Positions 19,741 through 28,333 of a DNA stretch of 64,000 nucleotides are shown piece by piece. This DNA comes from Sedimentisphaerales bacterium. GTDB lineage: Bacteria > Planctomycetota > Phycisphaerae > Sedimentisphaerales > SM23-30. Under the pieces are notes generated by a model. The model was given only the letters and a program-made list of their open reading frames with translations. It did no database searches and was not told where the DNA came from. Positions within the stretch are counted from its first letter, which is position 1; the number at the start of each line of letters is the position of its first letter. The position numbers were made by a program, and so were the translations under genes. Location of the stretch: assembly GCA_963663965.2 (NCBI GenBank), contig CAXXFK010000028.1:32001-96000 (forward strand), in the 5' to 3' direction.

Positions 19741-21507
19741 TCAGACAGGCAAAGTTATAGTAAAGATACTACCGTTGCCTGGTGAACTCTGGACCGATAC
19801 ATTACCTTTATGTATTCTCGCAATGTGCTTAACGATAGCAAGGCCAAGCCCTGTCCCGCCCAGTTTTCTACTTCTGCTTTTATCAACGACATAGAAGCGT
19901 TCAAACAGGCGTTCATGGTGATCAGCAGGTATGCCGCAGCCTTCATCTTTTACACTGATATATACATCAGGACCTTCCTGTACTGCAAATATATCAATAT
20001 TACCTGATTCTGGACTGTATTTAAGAGCATTGTCTACCAGATTTCCCAGAGCCTGAACAAGCAAAGCTTTATTGCCATGTATTTTCAGGTGCTCATTACA
20101 GTTAATACTGATTTGAATATTCTTGTCATTTGCCCTGGTTTCAAAAGTGTCTAAAATGTCTTCAAATAGTTCTGAAATGAACACGCCGTCAAATGAGATT
20201 TCGTCTGATGTTACACTGTGCTCCAGTCTGGAAAGGCTAAGCAGATCTTCTATTAGAGCGTGCATTCTTTCCGTCTGGCGAGAGATAATGTCCAGGAACT
20301 TCTCCGCCTGTTCTTTATCATCTATTGCACCATCCTGCAGAGTTTCCACAAAACCGCGAATTGCAGTAATAGGTGTTTTAAGTTCATGTGACACATTTGC
20401 AACAAACTCTTTGCGGATATTCTCAAGGATCTTAAGCCTGGTGATATCTGAAATAACAATGATAACACCAGCTTCGTCGCCTTTTATGTCATATGCGGCA
20501 CCTCTTAACAATAGGTGCCGGTCAGATTTACCAGGAATAGTGATTTCTGTTTCAGTTCCTTCGCCGGAATTGAAAGTATGTTCTACAAACTCTATAAGCT
20601 CTGTTTTCCTGATAACAATAGCGATATCATTTTTTAGGACATGTTCAACATCAATGTCAAAAATATCAGCAGCCGCCTGATTGATATTGATCAGCTTTCT
20701 TTCATTATTAATAGCCAACAGGCCTTCAGACATATTGTTGAAAATGGTTTCTGTTTCATTTCTCTGCTGTATTATCGTTTTAATTCGACTGTCAAGTTGA
20801 GATGCCATATCGTTCAGGCCAGCAGACAGGTCATTTAGCTCGTCAATCTCAGATTGAGGTGCACGGCTGGTAAGGTTACCATTAGCAAAACTTCTTGCTA
20901 CCAGACATATTTCAGCAAGAGGCTTTGTGAATTTATTTAGTATCACGATACTTAGTAGTGCCATCGTGACAATAGCTGTAATGGCGCCAAGAGAAATTTT
21001 TGTAAGGATATTTTCAAAGATATTGCTAATGGTAAGGAGAGTAAGGCTGGTTCTCAGGACAGCACTGTCTCCATCATTATAATCAACCCTGATAGCAACA
21101 TACATTGTCTCAGCGTTTTGGGTACCGCTTTGGCGTGTGCTGGTACTTTCACCAACCTTGAGAGCTTCGACTATTTCAACGCGGTCTTTGTGTGAAGCCA
21201 TTTCTCTGGGGTCACGTTCGGATTCAGCAACAACAGTACCTTCAGGCAATACTACAGTTATTCTTAGTCCTGTAAGTTTCCCCTGACGTTTGCAGTAAGC
21301 GTCAAGCTCACTGTATCTGTTTTCAGACAGGAAATTTTTTACTGGTTCTTTTAGAATTTTGGCACTGCGAGACAGTTCATTGTTTATCTGGTTATAATAG
21401 AAATTCCGGATCGAACTAATAGAAAATCCGGCAAGTGCTACAAGTACAGCTGCCATTAAGACAAGTAACGGCAGGTATAGCTGAGAAAATAACTTTTTTT
21501 TAGCCAT
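19741..21507 (-). CDS. phoR: Phosphate-regulon-type sensor histidine kinase (PhoR-like; 2 TM, HAMP, PAS, HisKA, HATPase)
   Basis: RKEFVANVSHELKTPITAIRGFVETL, NLVDNALKY, FERFYVVDKSRSRKLGGTGLGLAIVKH. Confidence 0.82.
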   Translation of the reverse strand: MAKKKLFSQLYLPLLVLMAAVLVALAGFSISSIRNFYYNQINNELSRSAKILKEPVKNFLSENRYSELDAYCKRQGKLTGLRITVVLPEGTVVAESERDPREMASHKDRVEIVEALKVGESTSTRQSGTQNAETMYVAIRVDYNDGDSAVLRTSLTLLTISNIFENILTKISLGAITAIVTMALLSIVILNKFTKPLAEICLVARSFANGNLTSRAPQSEIDELNDLSAGLNDMASQLDSRIKTIIQQRNETETIFNNMSEGLLAINNERKLININQAAADIFDIDVEHVLKNDIAIVIRKTELIEFVEHTFNSGEGTETEITIPGKSDRHLLLRGAAYDIKGDEAGVIIVISDITRLKILENIRKEFVANVSHELKTPITAIRGFVETLQDGAIDDKEQAEKFLDIISRQTERMHALIEDLLSLSRLEHSVTSDEISFDGVFISELFEDILDTFETRANDKNIQISINCNEHLKIHGNKALLVQALGNLVDNALKYSPESGNIDIFAVQEGPDVYISVKDEGCGIPADHHERLFERFYVVDKSRSRKLGGTGLGLAIVKHIARIHKGNVSVQSSPGNGSIFTITLPV

Positions 21508-22198
21508 TATCGATAGTGTCCTTCATGCGATAGCCAACACCTCTGACAGTTTCAATGTATTTACCACTTTTGCCCAGTTTCTTTCTGAGAGAAACGATCT
21601 GAACATCAACTGATCTGTCAGTAACCATATGGTCGTTGCCGTGAACTTCGTCAACTAGCTGGTAGCGGGTAAAAACAACTCCTGGTCTTTTTGCCATAAC
21701 GCATAGAATACCAAATTCTGTATATGTCAAGTCGATCTTTTTGCTGCCAGCAAGTACTTCATGCTTCTGGGCGTTGATCTCAATGTTATGAACATTGAGA
21801 ATGTCAGTTGTAATAGATTTGGTTTTCTGTCTACTTAAGCTGCGTCTGATCCTCGCGATTAAAACCTTTGGACTAAATGGTTTAGTGATATAGTCATCAG
21901 CACCTAATTCCAGTCCGGTGACAATGTCGGCCTCTTCGCTTTTGGCAGTGGCCATAATAATAGGGATATCAGATGTTTTTTCGTCGTTTTTAAGCTTTCT
22001 GCAAACTTCCAGGCCGTCTATTCCCGGGAGCATAAGGTCCAGAAGAATAAGGTTGGGACGCAAAGATACCGCTTTGGCTATTGCCTCTTCGCCTGTTAAT
22101 GCTGTTTCAATACGATAGTTTTCTTTTTGAAGGTTATAAGAAACCAACTCCAGTACATCTTCCTCATCGTCAACAACAAGAATTAATTCTTTAGCCAT
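21500..22198 (-). CDS. phoB: OmpR/PhoB family response regulator
   Basis: VVDDE, LLDLMLPG, GADDYITKPF, DRSVDVQI, IETVRGVGY; overlaps phoR; start MAKEL with an AGGA RBS. Confidence 0.8.
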   Translation of the reverse strand: MAKELILVVDDEEDVLELVSYNLQKENYRIETALTGEEAIAKAVSLRPNLILLDLMLPGIDGLEVCRKLKNDEKTSDIPIIMATAKSEEADIVTGLELGADDYITKPFSPKVLIARIRRSLSRQKTKSITTDILNVHNIEINAQKHEVLAGSKKIDLTYTEFGILCVMAKRPGVVFTRYQLVDEVHGNDHMVTDRSVDVQIVSLRKKLGKSGKYIETVRGVGYRMKDTIDNG

Positions 22199-22298
22199 AA
22201 CTGTATCCTGTAACATATTTTATATTAAATAATTACAAGTGATATCCATATCACATATAACAAATCATAAATTATTTATGATAATAATAAAAGATAAT

Positions 22299-22326
22299 TG
22301 TTAGAGCAATGTTAAGGTGTTGTTAA
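22299..22326 (-). promoter_or_regulatory. Pho-box-like triple direct repeat
   Basis: Minus strand TTAACA-N5-TTAACA-N5-CTAACA, exact 11-bp period, about 100 bp upstream of phoB. Confidence 0.65.
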
Positions 22327-22425
22327 TATTGGATGCAGAATGTGATCGGTTATGATTATTTGATGTGAAAACATAGGAATTTTACTGAAATATGTTAAGG
22401 AATAATAAGGAACAAAGGTAGAAAT

Positions 22426-22461
22426 AAAAAAACGAGCCAATACTTCAGGAGTACGGCTCGT
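22426..22461 (-). terminator. Rho-independent terminator
   Basis: Minus strand ACGAGCC-G-TACT-loop-AGTA-TT-GGCTCGT followed by a T-run. Confidence 0.8.
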
Positions 22462-22470
22462 AATTTAGCA

Positions 22471-22635
22471 CTGACTTTTGTGAGCATATCAATCGTCGGG
22501 GCACTCTATAGACTACTCAAAAAGAAGCTAACTCTATAGTTCATCCTGAACTAAAACGTTAGGCTACTCATTTGTGGGAGCACACTTAACAGAGATATCC
22601 GCAAAAGCCACCGACGCGAATATGCAAGTTGACAG
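22471..22635 (-). ncRNA. Candidate rod-shaped structured RNA (6S RNA-like)
   Basis: Seven nested helices around an apex at ~22545; several pairs work only as G-U on the minus strand; lies between a stop codon and a terminator. Confidence 0.5.
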
Positions 22636-22638
22636 ACA

Positions 22639-22905
22639 TTATTTGTTATTGTCTGTTTCTTCTAACATCTTGCGAAGATAGCTGTTTTCACGGCGAGTTG
22701 CTTCCAGGTCAAACAACAAGTATTTGATGCTCAATCTTAGATAGTCCAGCGAATCCTGTAGTGAAGATACGCTTTTCTTTAGTTGAGCATGACGCTGTTT
22801 TGTTTCTTCTGCTAAAGACTCGAGCTTCTTTCTTTGAGAAGCTGGGAGTGTACCGATTTCCTTGACTAGTTCACCAAGTTTCTTTTGAAATGTTGCTTCG
22901 TCCAT
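22639..22905 (-). CDS. Small conserved coiled-coil protein of the planctomycete type (88 aa)
   Basis: MDEATFQKKL...LQDSLDYLRLSIKYLLFDLEATRRENSYLRKMLE; AGGAG RBS; heptad pattern. Family recognised from memory only. Confidence 0.8.
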   Translation of the reverse strand: MDEATFQKKLGELVKEIGTLPASQRKKLESLAEETKQRHAQLKKSVSSLQDSLDYLRLSIKYLLFDLEATRRENSYLRKMLEETDNNK

Positions 22906-22995
22906 GCTACTGCTCCTATGGCATATAAAAAATTTAGTAATATGAATTTCTCTTATTTCTCTTCCTGATTTCGACCAGAAAGCTCTTATGATTTC

Positions 22996-23025
22996 ATTAT
23001 AACAGATAAAACATACCCCATGCAA
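22996..23025 (-). promoter_or_regulatory. Sigma70-type promoter with extended -10 for the coiled-coil gene/RNA unit
   Basis: Minus strand TTGCAT-N18-TATAAT with TGn before the -10. Confidence 0.5.
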
Positions 23026-23275
23026 AGTAATTTGAAATATTGTCGAATAAAGTGTTGTTAAATAAGGTGTTACGTGTTTTTTGTCCTGTTTGTATAATGT
23101 GGTTTGATTGTGCAGTTTTTAACGAATGTTTATTTTAATAAACATTATATGGGTGAATATATCAATGTATTTTATTGCTATAAAAGGTCTTATAATATTT
23201 ATCGTATCAGTATTATTGAGTTTTGCAATTATTTGCCAGGGTGGCTTATTTGGGGATAGATGATATAATAATTTA

Positions 23276-24154
23276 ATGAAAAAAAATAAAAATGAAAATG
23301 AAAGGCTGCCAGAATGGTTGAAAGTCAGGCATTCGGCAGGAGGCAGTTTCAATAAAGTGAATGATCTGATCAAAGGTCATGGGCTGGCAACCGTATGCGA
23401 AAGTGCAAGTTGTCCAAATCGTGGAGAGTGTTTCAGTTGTGGAACTGCCACATTTATGATAATGGGAGATGTTTGTAGCCGGAACTGCAAGTTTTGCGGG
23501 GTGAATAATGGTAAATTGTTGCCATTGGATGGAACCGAGCCGGATAGATTGGCTGAGGTTGTAAAAGAGCTTGGTCTCAAGCATGTGGTAATAACATCTG
23601 TGACCAGGGACGATCTTCCGGATGGTGGTGCAAGGCATTTTGCTGAATGTATTAATAAAGTTAAACAACTTTCTATGAAGCCTGTTGTTGAGGTTTTGAC
23701 TCCAGATTTTAATTATGACACTGATTCACTTGATATTGTAGCCGGGGCAGAACCAGATATTTTTAATCATAATGTTGAAACAACCAGGGAGTTGACCAGA
23801 ATGATAAGAAATAATGCTTCTTATGATAGAAGTCTGCAGGTTCTCAAGTATATGTCCGATAAAAAACAGGATTGGGTTGTAAAAAGCGGAATAATGGTCG
23901 GGTTGGGTGAGAGTTTTGATGAACTTATAGCTACTATTGAGGATATTCACGCAGCAGGAGCTTCAATGTTAACTATAGGTCAGTATCTAAGGCCATCGAA
24001 ACAGAATATTTGTGTTGAAAAATATTATCATCCAGATGAATTTGATGAATTAAAACAGATAGCTGAGCGTATAGGTTTCAAGCACGTAGCCTCTGGACCG
24101 TTTGTCAGAAGCAGCTATCATGCAGAAGGACATTTCAACCAGAAGAAAAAATAG
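23276..24154 (+). CDS. lipA: Lipoyl synthase
   Basis: CESASCPNRGEC (CX4CX5C), CSRNCKFC radical-SAM motif, C-terminal RSSY. Confidence 0.96.
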   Translation: MKKNKNENERLPEWLKVRHSAGGSFNKVNDLIKGHGLATVCESASCPNRGECFSCGTATFMIMGDVCSRNCKFCGVNNGKLLPLDGTEPDRLAEVVKELGLKHVVITSVTRDDLPDGGARHFAECINKVKQLSMKPVVEVLTPDFNYDTDSLDIVAGAEPDIFNHNVETTRELTRMIRNNASYDRSLQVLKYMSDKKQDWVVKSGIMVGLGESFDELIATIEDIHAAGASMLTIGQYLRPSKQNICVEKYYHPDEFDELKQIAERIGFKHVASGPFVRSSYHAEGHFNQKKK

Positions 24155-24617
24155 TGAGTTCTGGTAGTACCTGTTTGGTTTTTAGGTAGAAAATGTTAAC
24201 ATTATTTACTATATTATAATCTAATCTTAATTATATCTTTAATAAGTTTTAGTCAAATATTAGCTTTTCAGTGATCGATTAATGATTGTTGAAAAGCTAT
24301 TTTATTTTGATCTTCAAAATAATATGGTTAGTTTGTGTCTGAGCTGAAGTGACATCAGTATAATGGAATAAAATATTTTAGATTTTTGCTGTCTAATACG
24401 TGTTAAAATAGGTATAATTTTAGCTCGAAAATAGAGATTACTATTATACTTTTCATATTAGTTATACATAATTGTTAATTAGATTATTTTAACGTTATTA
24501 TTTGCCGATAAAGGACATATGTTGGTATTATGCTGGTCATGATATTGATGTGAAGTTGTTTGTGCAACTGACAGGGACGGAGTGCGTCAAGAGATTCTGT
24601 TATAAAGGTAGCACCAG

Positions 24618-25526
24618 ATTATACAAGATTACGTTAAACTGATACGCCCGAATCAATGGATCAAGAATGTTTTTGTTCTACCCGCTTTGCTTTTTGGCGG
24701 GAAGTATTTTGATCCTGATGCAATTAGTATGACATTACTGGCATTTCTAAGTTTTTGTATTATTTCGTCAGCAGTATATGTTGTGAATGATATATCTGAC
24801 TGTGAAAAAGATAGTTATCATCCTGTTAAAAAGTTCAGGCCGATCGCCGCTGGTAAGATCAGTAAGTTGCAAGGATGTGTTTATTGTTTAATACTTATGA
24901 TAAGCTCATTCATTTTGTCTTATACTGTTTCTGTTCCTTTTCTTTGTGTTATTGCTATCTACCTTATATTGCAGATGTTATATTCTTTTATTCTAAAGAA
25001 TATTGTTCTTCTCGATGTAATAATTATTGCATTTGGCTTTGTTTTAAGAGCAATTGGTGGTGCGATTGCAATTAAACTGCCGTTTACTTCCTGGCTTGTA
25101 ATGTGTATCTTCAGCTTATGCCTTTTTATGGGTTTTTGTAAACGGATGAACGAGCTGATGGTATTAGGTAAATCTAAAAGTAGTATGCATCGAAAAACCT
25201 TGCTGGAATATTCTCCGCAGCTATTGAGCCATTTAATCTCTGTTTCTGCAGGTATTGCAATAGTAACATTTATGCTTTATTCATTAAGTGACAGGGCTGT
25301 AAATCAGTTTGGAACCTCAGCTTTAATTTACACTGTGCCGGTAGTGATATATTGTATTTTCCGTTTTGCCGCTTTAAGTATGACTCCAGGCAGTACGGGG
25401 CAGAGTGAAATGCTTACCGGAGATATCCCGCTAATGACAGGTGTAATGATCTGGGTTATAATGGCGGTACTGATAGTGATTAAAGGCAGAGAGTTAAGTG
25501 ACTGGTATGGCTCGTTTTACATTTAA
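24618..25526 (+). CDS. UbiA-family prenyltransferase (decaprenyl-phosphate phosphoribosyltransferase-like)
   Basis: In-frame LIRPNQWIKN upstream of the called ORF; YVVNDISDCEKDSYHPVKKFRPIAAG, LDVIIIAFGFVLRA, CKRMNE; multiple TM. Start codon uncertain. Confidence 0.85.
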   Translation: MIQDYVKLIRPNQWIKNVFVLPALLFGGKYFDPDAISMTLLAFLSFCIISSAVYVVNDISDCEKDSYHPVKKFRPIAAGKISKLQGCVYCLILMISSFILSYTVSVPFLCVIAIYLILQMLYSFILKNIVLLDVIIIAFGFVLRAIGGAIAIKLPFTSWLVMCIFSLCLFMGFCKRMNELMVLGKSKSSMHRKTLLEYSPQLLSHLISVSAGIAIVTFMLYSLSDRAVNQFGTSALIYTVPVVIYCIFRFAALSMTPGSTGQSEMLTGDIPLMTGVMIWVIMAVLIVIKGRELSDWYGSFYI

Positions 25527-25584
25527 TATAAAGTGGTGGAAATATTGTTTCTGTGAATCTGTTTAGGTAGAGTGTATAATATAT

Positions 25585-26049
25585 ATGGAAACGAAGGAAA
25601 AAAGTAAAAGCAGTAAGAATTTTGGCCTTATTATCATTGGGCTAGCAGTGCTGGCAATGGTGGCGATAAATTTAACTGCAGGCACGGCTTCTGTTAAGTG
25701 GCTGGAAAGTATTGACGCTGCAAAAGAGAAGGCTAAAGAAAATAAGAACCCTGTTTTATTATATTTTATGACAGGTTCTGGCAAAGATGCTGATCAGTGT
25801 GAGCGAATGAGCTATTCGACTTTTGGCCAGGTTGATATTGCCAGATATGTTAATAAACATTACAATCCAGTAATCATTGATGCAAGTAAGGAGCAGAAGC
25901 TGAAGTTAAAATATAATGTTAAGCAGCTGCCATCAATGGTTTTAATTATGCCTGGAAGTGATGGAAATATACTCCTGGAAGGGTATATAAGCAGTAAAGA
26001 ATTTATGTCTCGAATTACTGGGGCGATGAAGACATTAAGTGGTAAGTAA
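25585..26049 (+). CDS. Membrane-anchored thioredoxin-fold protein (no CxxC)
   Basis: N-terminal TM, WLESIDAAKEKAK...PVLLYF, ADQCERM in place of CxxC, YNVKQLPSMV, GY. Confidence 0.7.
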   Translation: METKEKSKSSKNFGLIIIGLAVLAMVAINLTAGTASVKWLESIDAAKEKAKENKNPVLLYFMTGSGKDADQCERMSYSTFGQVDIARYVNKHYNPVIIDASKEQKLKLKYNVKQLPSMVLIMPGSDGNILLEGYISSKEFMSRITGAMKTLSGK

Positions 26050-26050
26050 A

Positions 26051-26788
26051 ATGAAATCATTATTCACAATTCTTGTATTATTTATGATGAGCAATGTGAT
26101 ATTTGCTCAGGAAGATACTGATACGGCCACGGATACAACTACAGACACTGTCGTAGAGTCTCAAGATTATGCAACTAGTCCAGTGTTTGGCAGTAGCTCT
26201 TCGAGAGGTGTTAGTATTTTTAGTGTGCCTGGTCGTGCAAGTATTGGTAGTACTGAAGTCAGGCGTTTTGCATATTATGCTACAGGGCTTGACAGAGTAA
26301 GGTCTCCAAGGACTATATATCAAGCTAATCCTTTGGCCTACCAAAAGAGACTGCCGATTTCTGGTACTGGGGCTATTCCTACACTCAACGATATGGTTCG
26401 ATCACGATTGAATGAAAAGGTAACCGATCTTAAAGCTGATGCATATTTTAGAGATAGTTTACATAGTAAGTCTCTATATTCATCTGGCCAGAATAGCGGC
26501 AGACCTGATGATGGCAAGATACAAAGCTGGCTGCTTGGTAAAGGCGGATTTTATTCCTTAAGGATACCGAAAAGTACAAAATCTAACGCACTGCTAAAAC
26601 AGCTTGAAAGCGATAATTATAATGGCCTAAGCTCAAAGAATAAAAACTTACTACTAGATGGACGAAGCGGCAGATTGTCGTATTCCAGAAATACTATCGA
26701 TAAATCACTGGCTAATAAGGCTGGAAATATTTATGGTAAACGTTTGCTTAATGATATAAGTATTTCATCGTTGTTAGGAAGTAATTAG
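26051..26788 (+). CDS. Hypothetical secreted protein
   Basis: Signal peptide MKSLFTILVLFMMSNVIFA followed by a D/T-rich stretch; Ser-rich body. Confidence 0.65.
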   Translation: MKSLFTILVLFMMSNVIFAQEDTDTATDTTTDTVVESQDYATSPVFGSSSSRGVSIFSVPGRASIGSTEVRRFAYYATGLDRVRSPRTIYQANPLAYQKRLPISGTGAIPTLNDMVRSRLNEKVTDLKADAYFRDSLHSKSLYSSGQNSGRPDDGKIQSWLLGKGGFYSLRIPKSTKSNALLKQLESDNYNGLSSKNKNLLLDGRSGRLSYSRNTIDKSLANKAGNIYGKRLLNDISISSLLGSN

Positions 26789-26846
26789 CCTTATCTTGTT
26801 TCTTGATAGTAGTTATTATATCTAATCTTATCTCAAAATTATATCT

Positions 26847-27896
26847 ATGAAAATTTTAATAACCGGAACTGCGGGATTTATTGGTTATCATCTGGCTAAA
26901 AAGCTTATCGCTCGAGGTGATGACGTTTTGGGGCTAGACAATATCAATGATTATTATGATGTTAACCTGAAGTATGGCAGGCTTGCTGAAACAGGCATTA
27001 CTAAGGAAAGCCTTGAATACGGTAAAGTTTGTCAGTCAGAGAAATATAGCAACTATAAATTTATACAGCTTGATCTTGAAGATAAAGAGCAGTTGGATAA
27101 ATTGTTTGCTGAGTATAAATTTGACCGTGTTTGTAACCTGGCTGCTCAGGCAGGGGTTCGTTACAGTCTGGAAAATCCTTCAGCATATGTAAATTCTAAT
27201 ATTGTCGGCTTTGTTAATATTCTTGAAGCCTGCCGATATAATGAAGTTGAACATCTTGTTTATGCGAGTAGTTCCAGTGTTTACGGATGTAATGACAAGA
27301 TGCCTTTCAGTACTGCTGACAGCGTTGATCATCCTGTTAGCTTATATGCTGCAACTAAAAAATCGAATGAACTTATGGCACATTGTTATAGTCATTTGTT
27401 TAATGTGCCAACTACAGGATTAAGGTTCTTTACGGTTTACGGCCCTTGGGGCAGGCCTGATATGGCACCAATTCTTTTTGCCAGTGCAATATCAGAAGGA
27501 CGTCCTATCAAGGTCTTTAATCATGGTGATATGAAGCGAGATTTTACTTACATTGATGATATCGTTGAAGGTGTAATGCGAGTAATAGATAATCCACCTT
27601 CCGGTAATCCTGACTGGTCTACAGAGAATGATGGGCCTGGCAGTGCCAGGGCCCCATACAAGATTTACAATATCGGTAATTCCACACCAGTTAATCTTAT
27701 GGATTTTATTACAGCTATTGAAACTGCTATGGGTAAAGAAGCTGTTAAGAATATGCTTCCAATGCAGCCGGGTGATGTTCCTGTTACCTGGGCAGATGTA
27801 AGTGACCTGACGGCAGACCTCGGCTATAAGCCTGACACACCAATACAAGCTGGTGTCAATGATTTTATTGAGTGGTTTAAAGAGTATTATGTTTAA
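26847..27896 (+). CDS. NAD-dependent UDP-uronate 4-epimerase (CapI/WbnF-like)
   Basis: [47 protein letters not shown]. Confidence 0.9.
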   Translation: MKILITGTAGFIGYHLAKKLIARGDDVLGLDNINDYYDVNLKYGRLAETGITKESLEYGKVCQSEKYSNYKFIQLDLEDKEQLDKLFAEYKFDRVCNLAAQAGVRYSLENPSAYVNSNIVGFVNILEACRYNEVEHLVYASSSSVYGCNDKMPFSTADSVDHPVSLYAATKKSNELMAHCYSHLFNVPTTGLRFFTVYGPWGRPDMAPILFASAISEGRPIKVFNHGDMKRDFTYIDDIVEGVMRVIDNPPSGNPDWSTENDGPGSARAPYKIYNIGNSTPVNLMDFITAIETAMGKEAVKNMLPMQPGDVPVTWADVSDLTADLGYKPDTPIQAGVNDFIEWFKEYYV

Positions 27897-27925
27897 GCAT
27901 GGTGCTTTCATTTAAGATACTATCA

Positions 27926-28333
27926 ATGAAATATAATGGTATAATTGCTAAAAAGCTTGCTCAATTATCAGATGAGTATTCAAACTTAACTGCTTTTCTT
28001 GAGGATATTTCTGAGCAGGAATTTATTTCCAGCTGGAGTGTAAAAAGTGCAACAGAACGTTCACTACAGGTAATGATTGAGATCATTATTGACATAGCTG
28101 AGAGGATAATCTCTCTTGAAAATATCGGGCCTGTAACCAGTTCTGCAGATGCTATAGAAAAATTGGTTATTTTGAAAGTATTAGAAAAAGCAGAGCCATT
28201 TAATGAGATGGTGCGATTCAGAAATCGATTGGTTCATATGTATGATAGTATTGAACCTGAAGTTCTTTACGAAATTGTAACGGTCTATATTAAAGATATT
28301 ATTCGTTTTAAGACAGCTATTGAAACGCTATGA
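27926..28333 (+). CDS. hepT: HEPN (DUF86) ribonuclease toxin
   Basis: ATERSLQVMIE and catalytic RNRLVHMY (R-X4-H-X-Y). Confidence 0.82.
   Translation: MKYNGIIAKKLAQLSDEYSNLTAFLEDISEQEFISSWSVKSATERSLQVMIEIIIDIAERIISLENIGPVTSSADAIEKLVILKVLEKAEPFNEMVRFRNRLVHMYDSIEPEVLYEIVTVYIKDIIRFKTAIETL

Noticed and set aside
22238..22255. CRP site upstream of phoB
   Set aside because: The GTGA/TCAC spacing is 8 nt rather than the 6 nt required; kept only as an unassigned palindrome.
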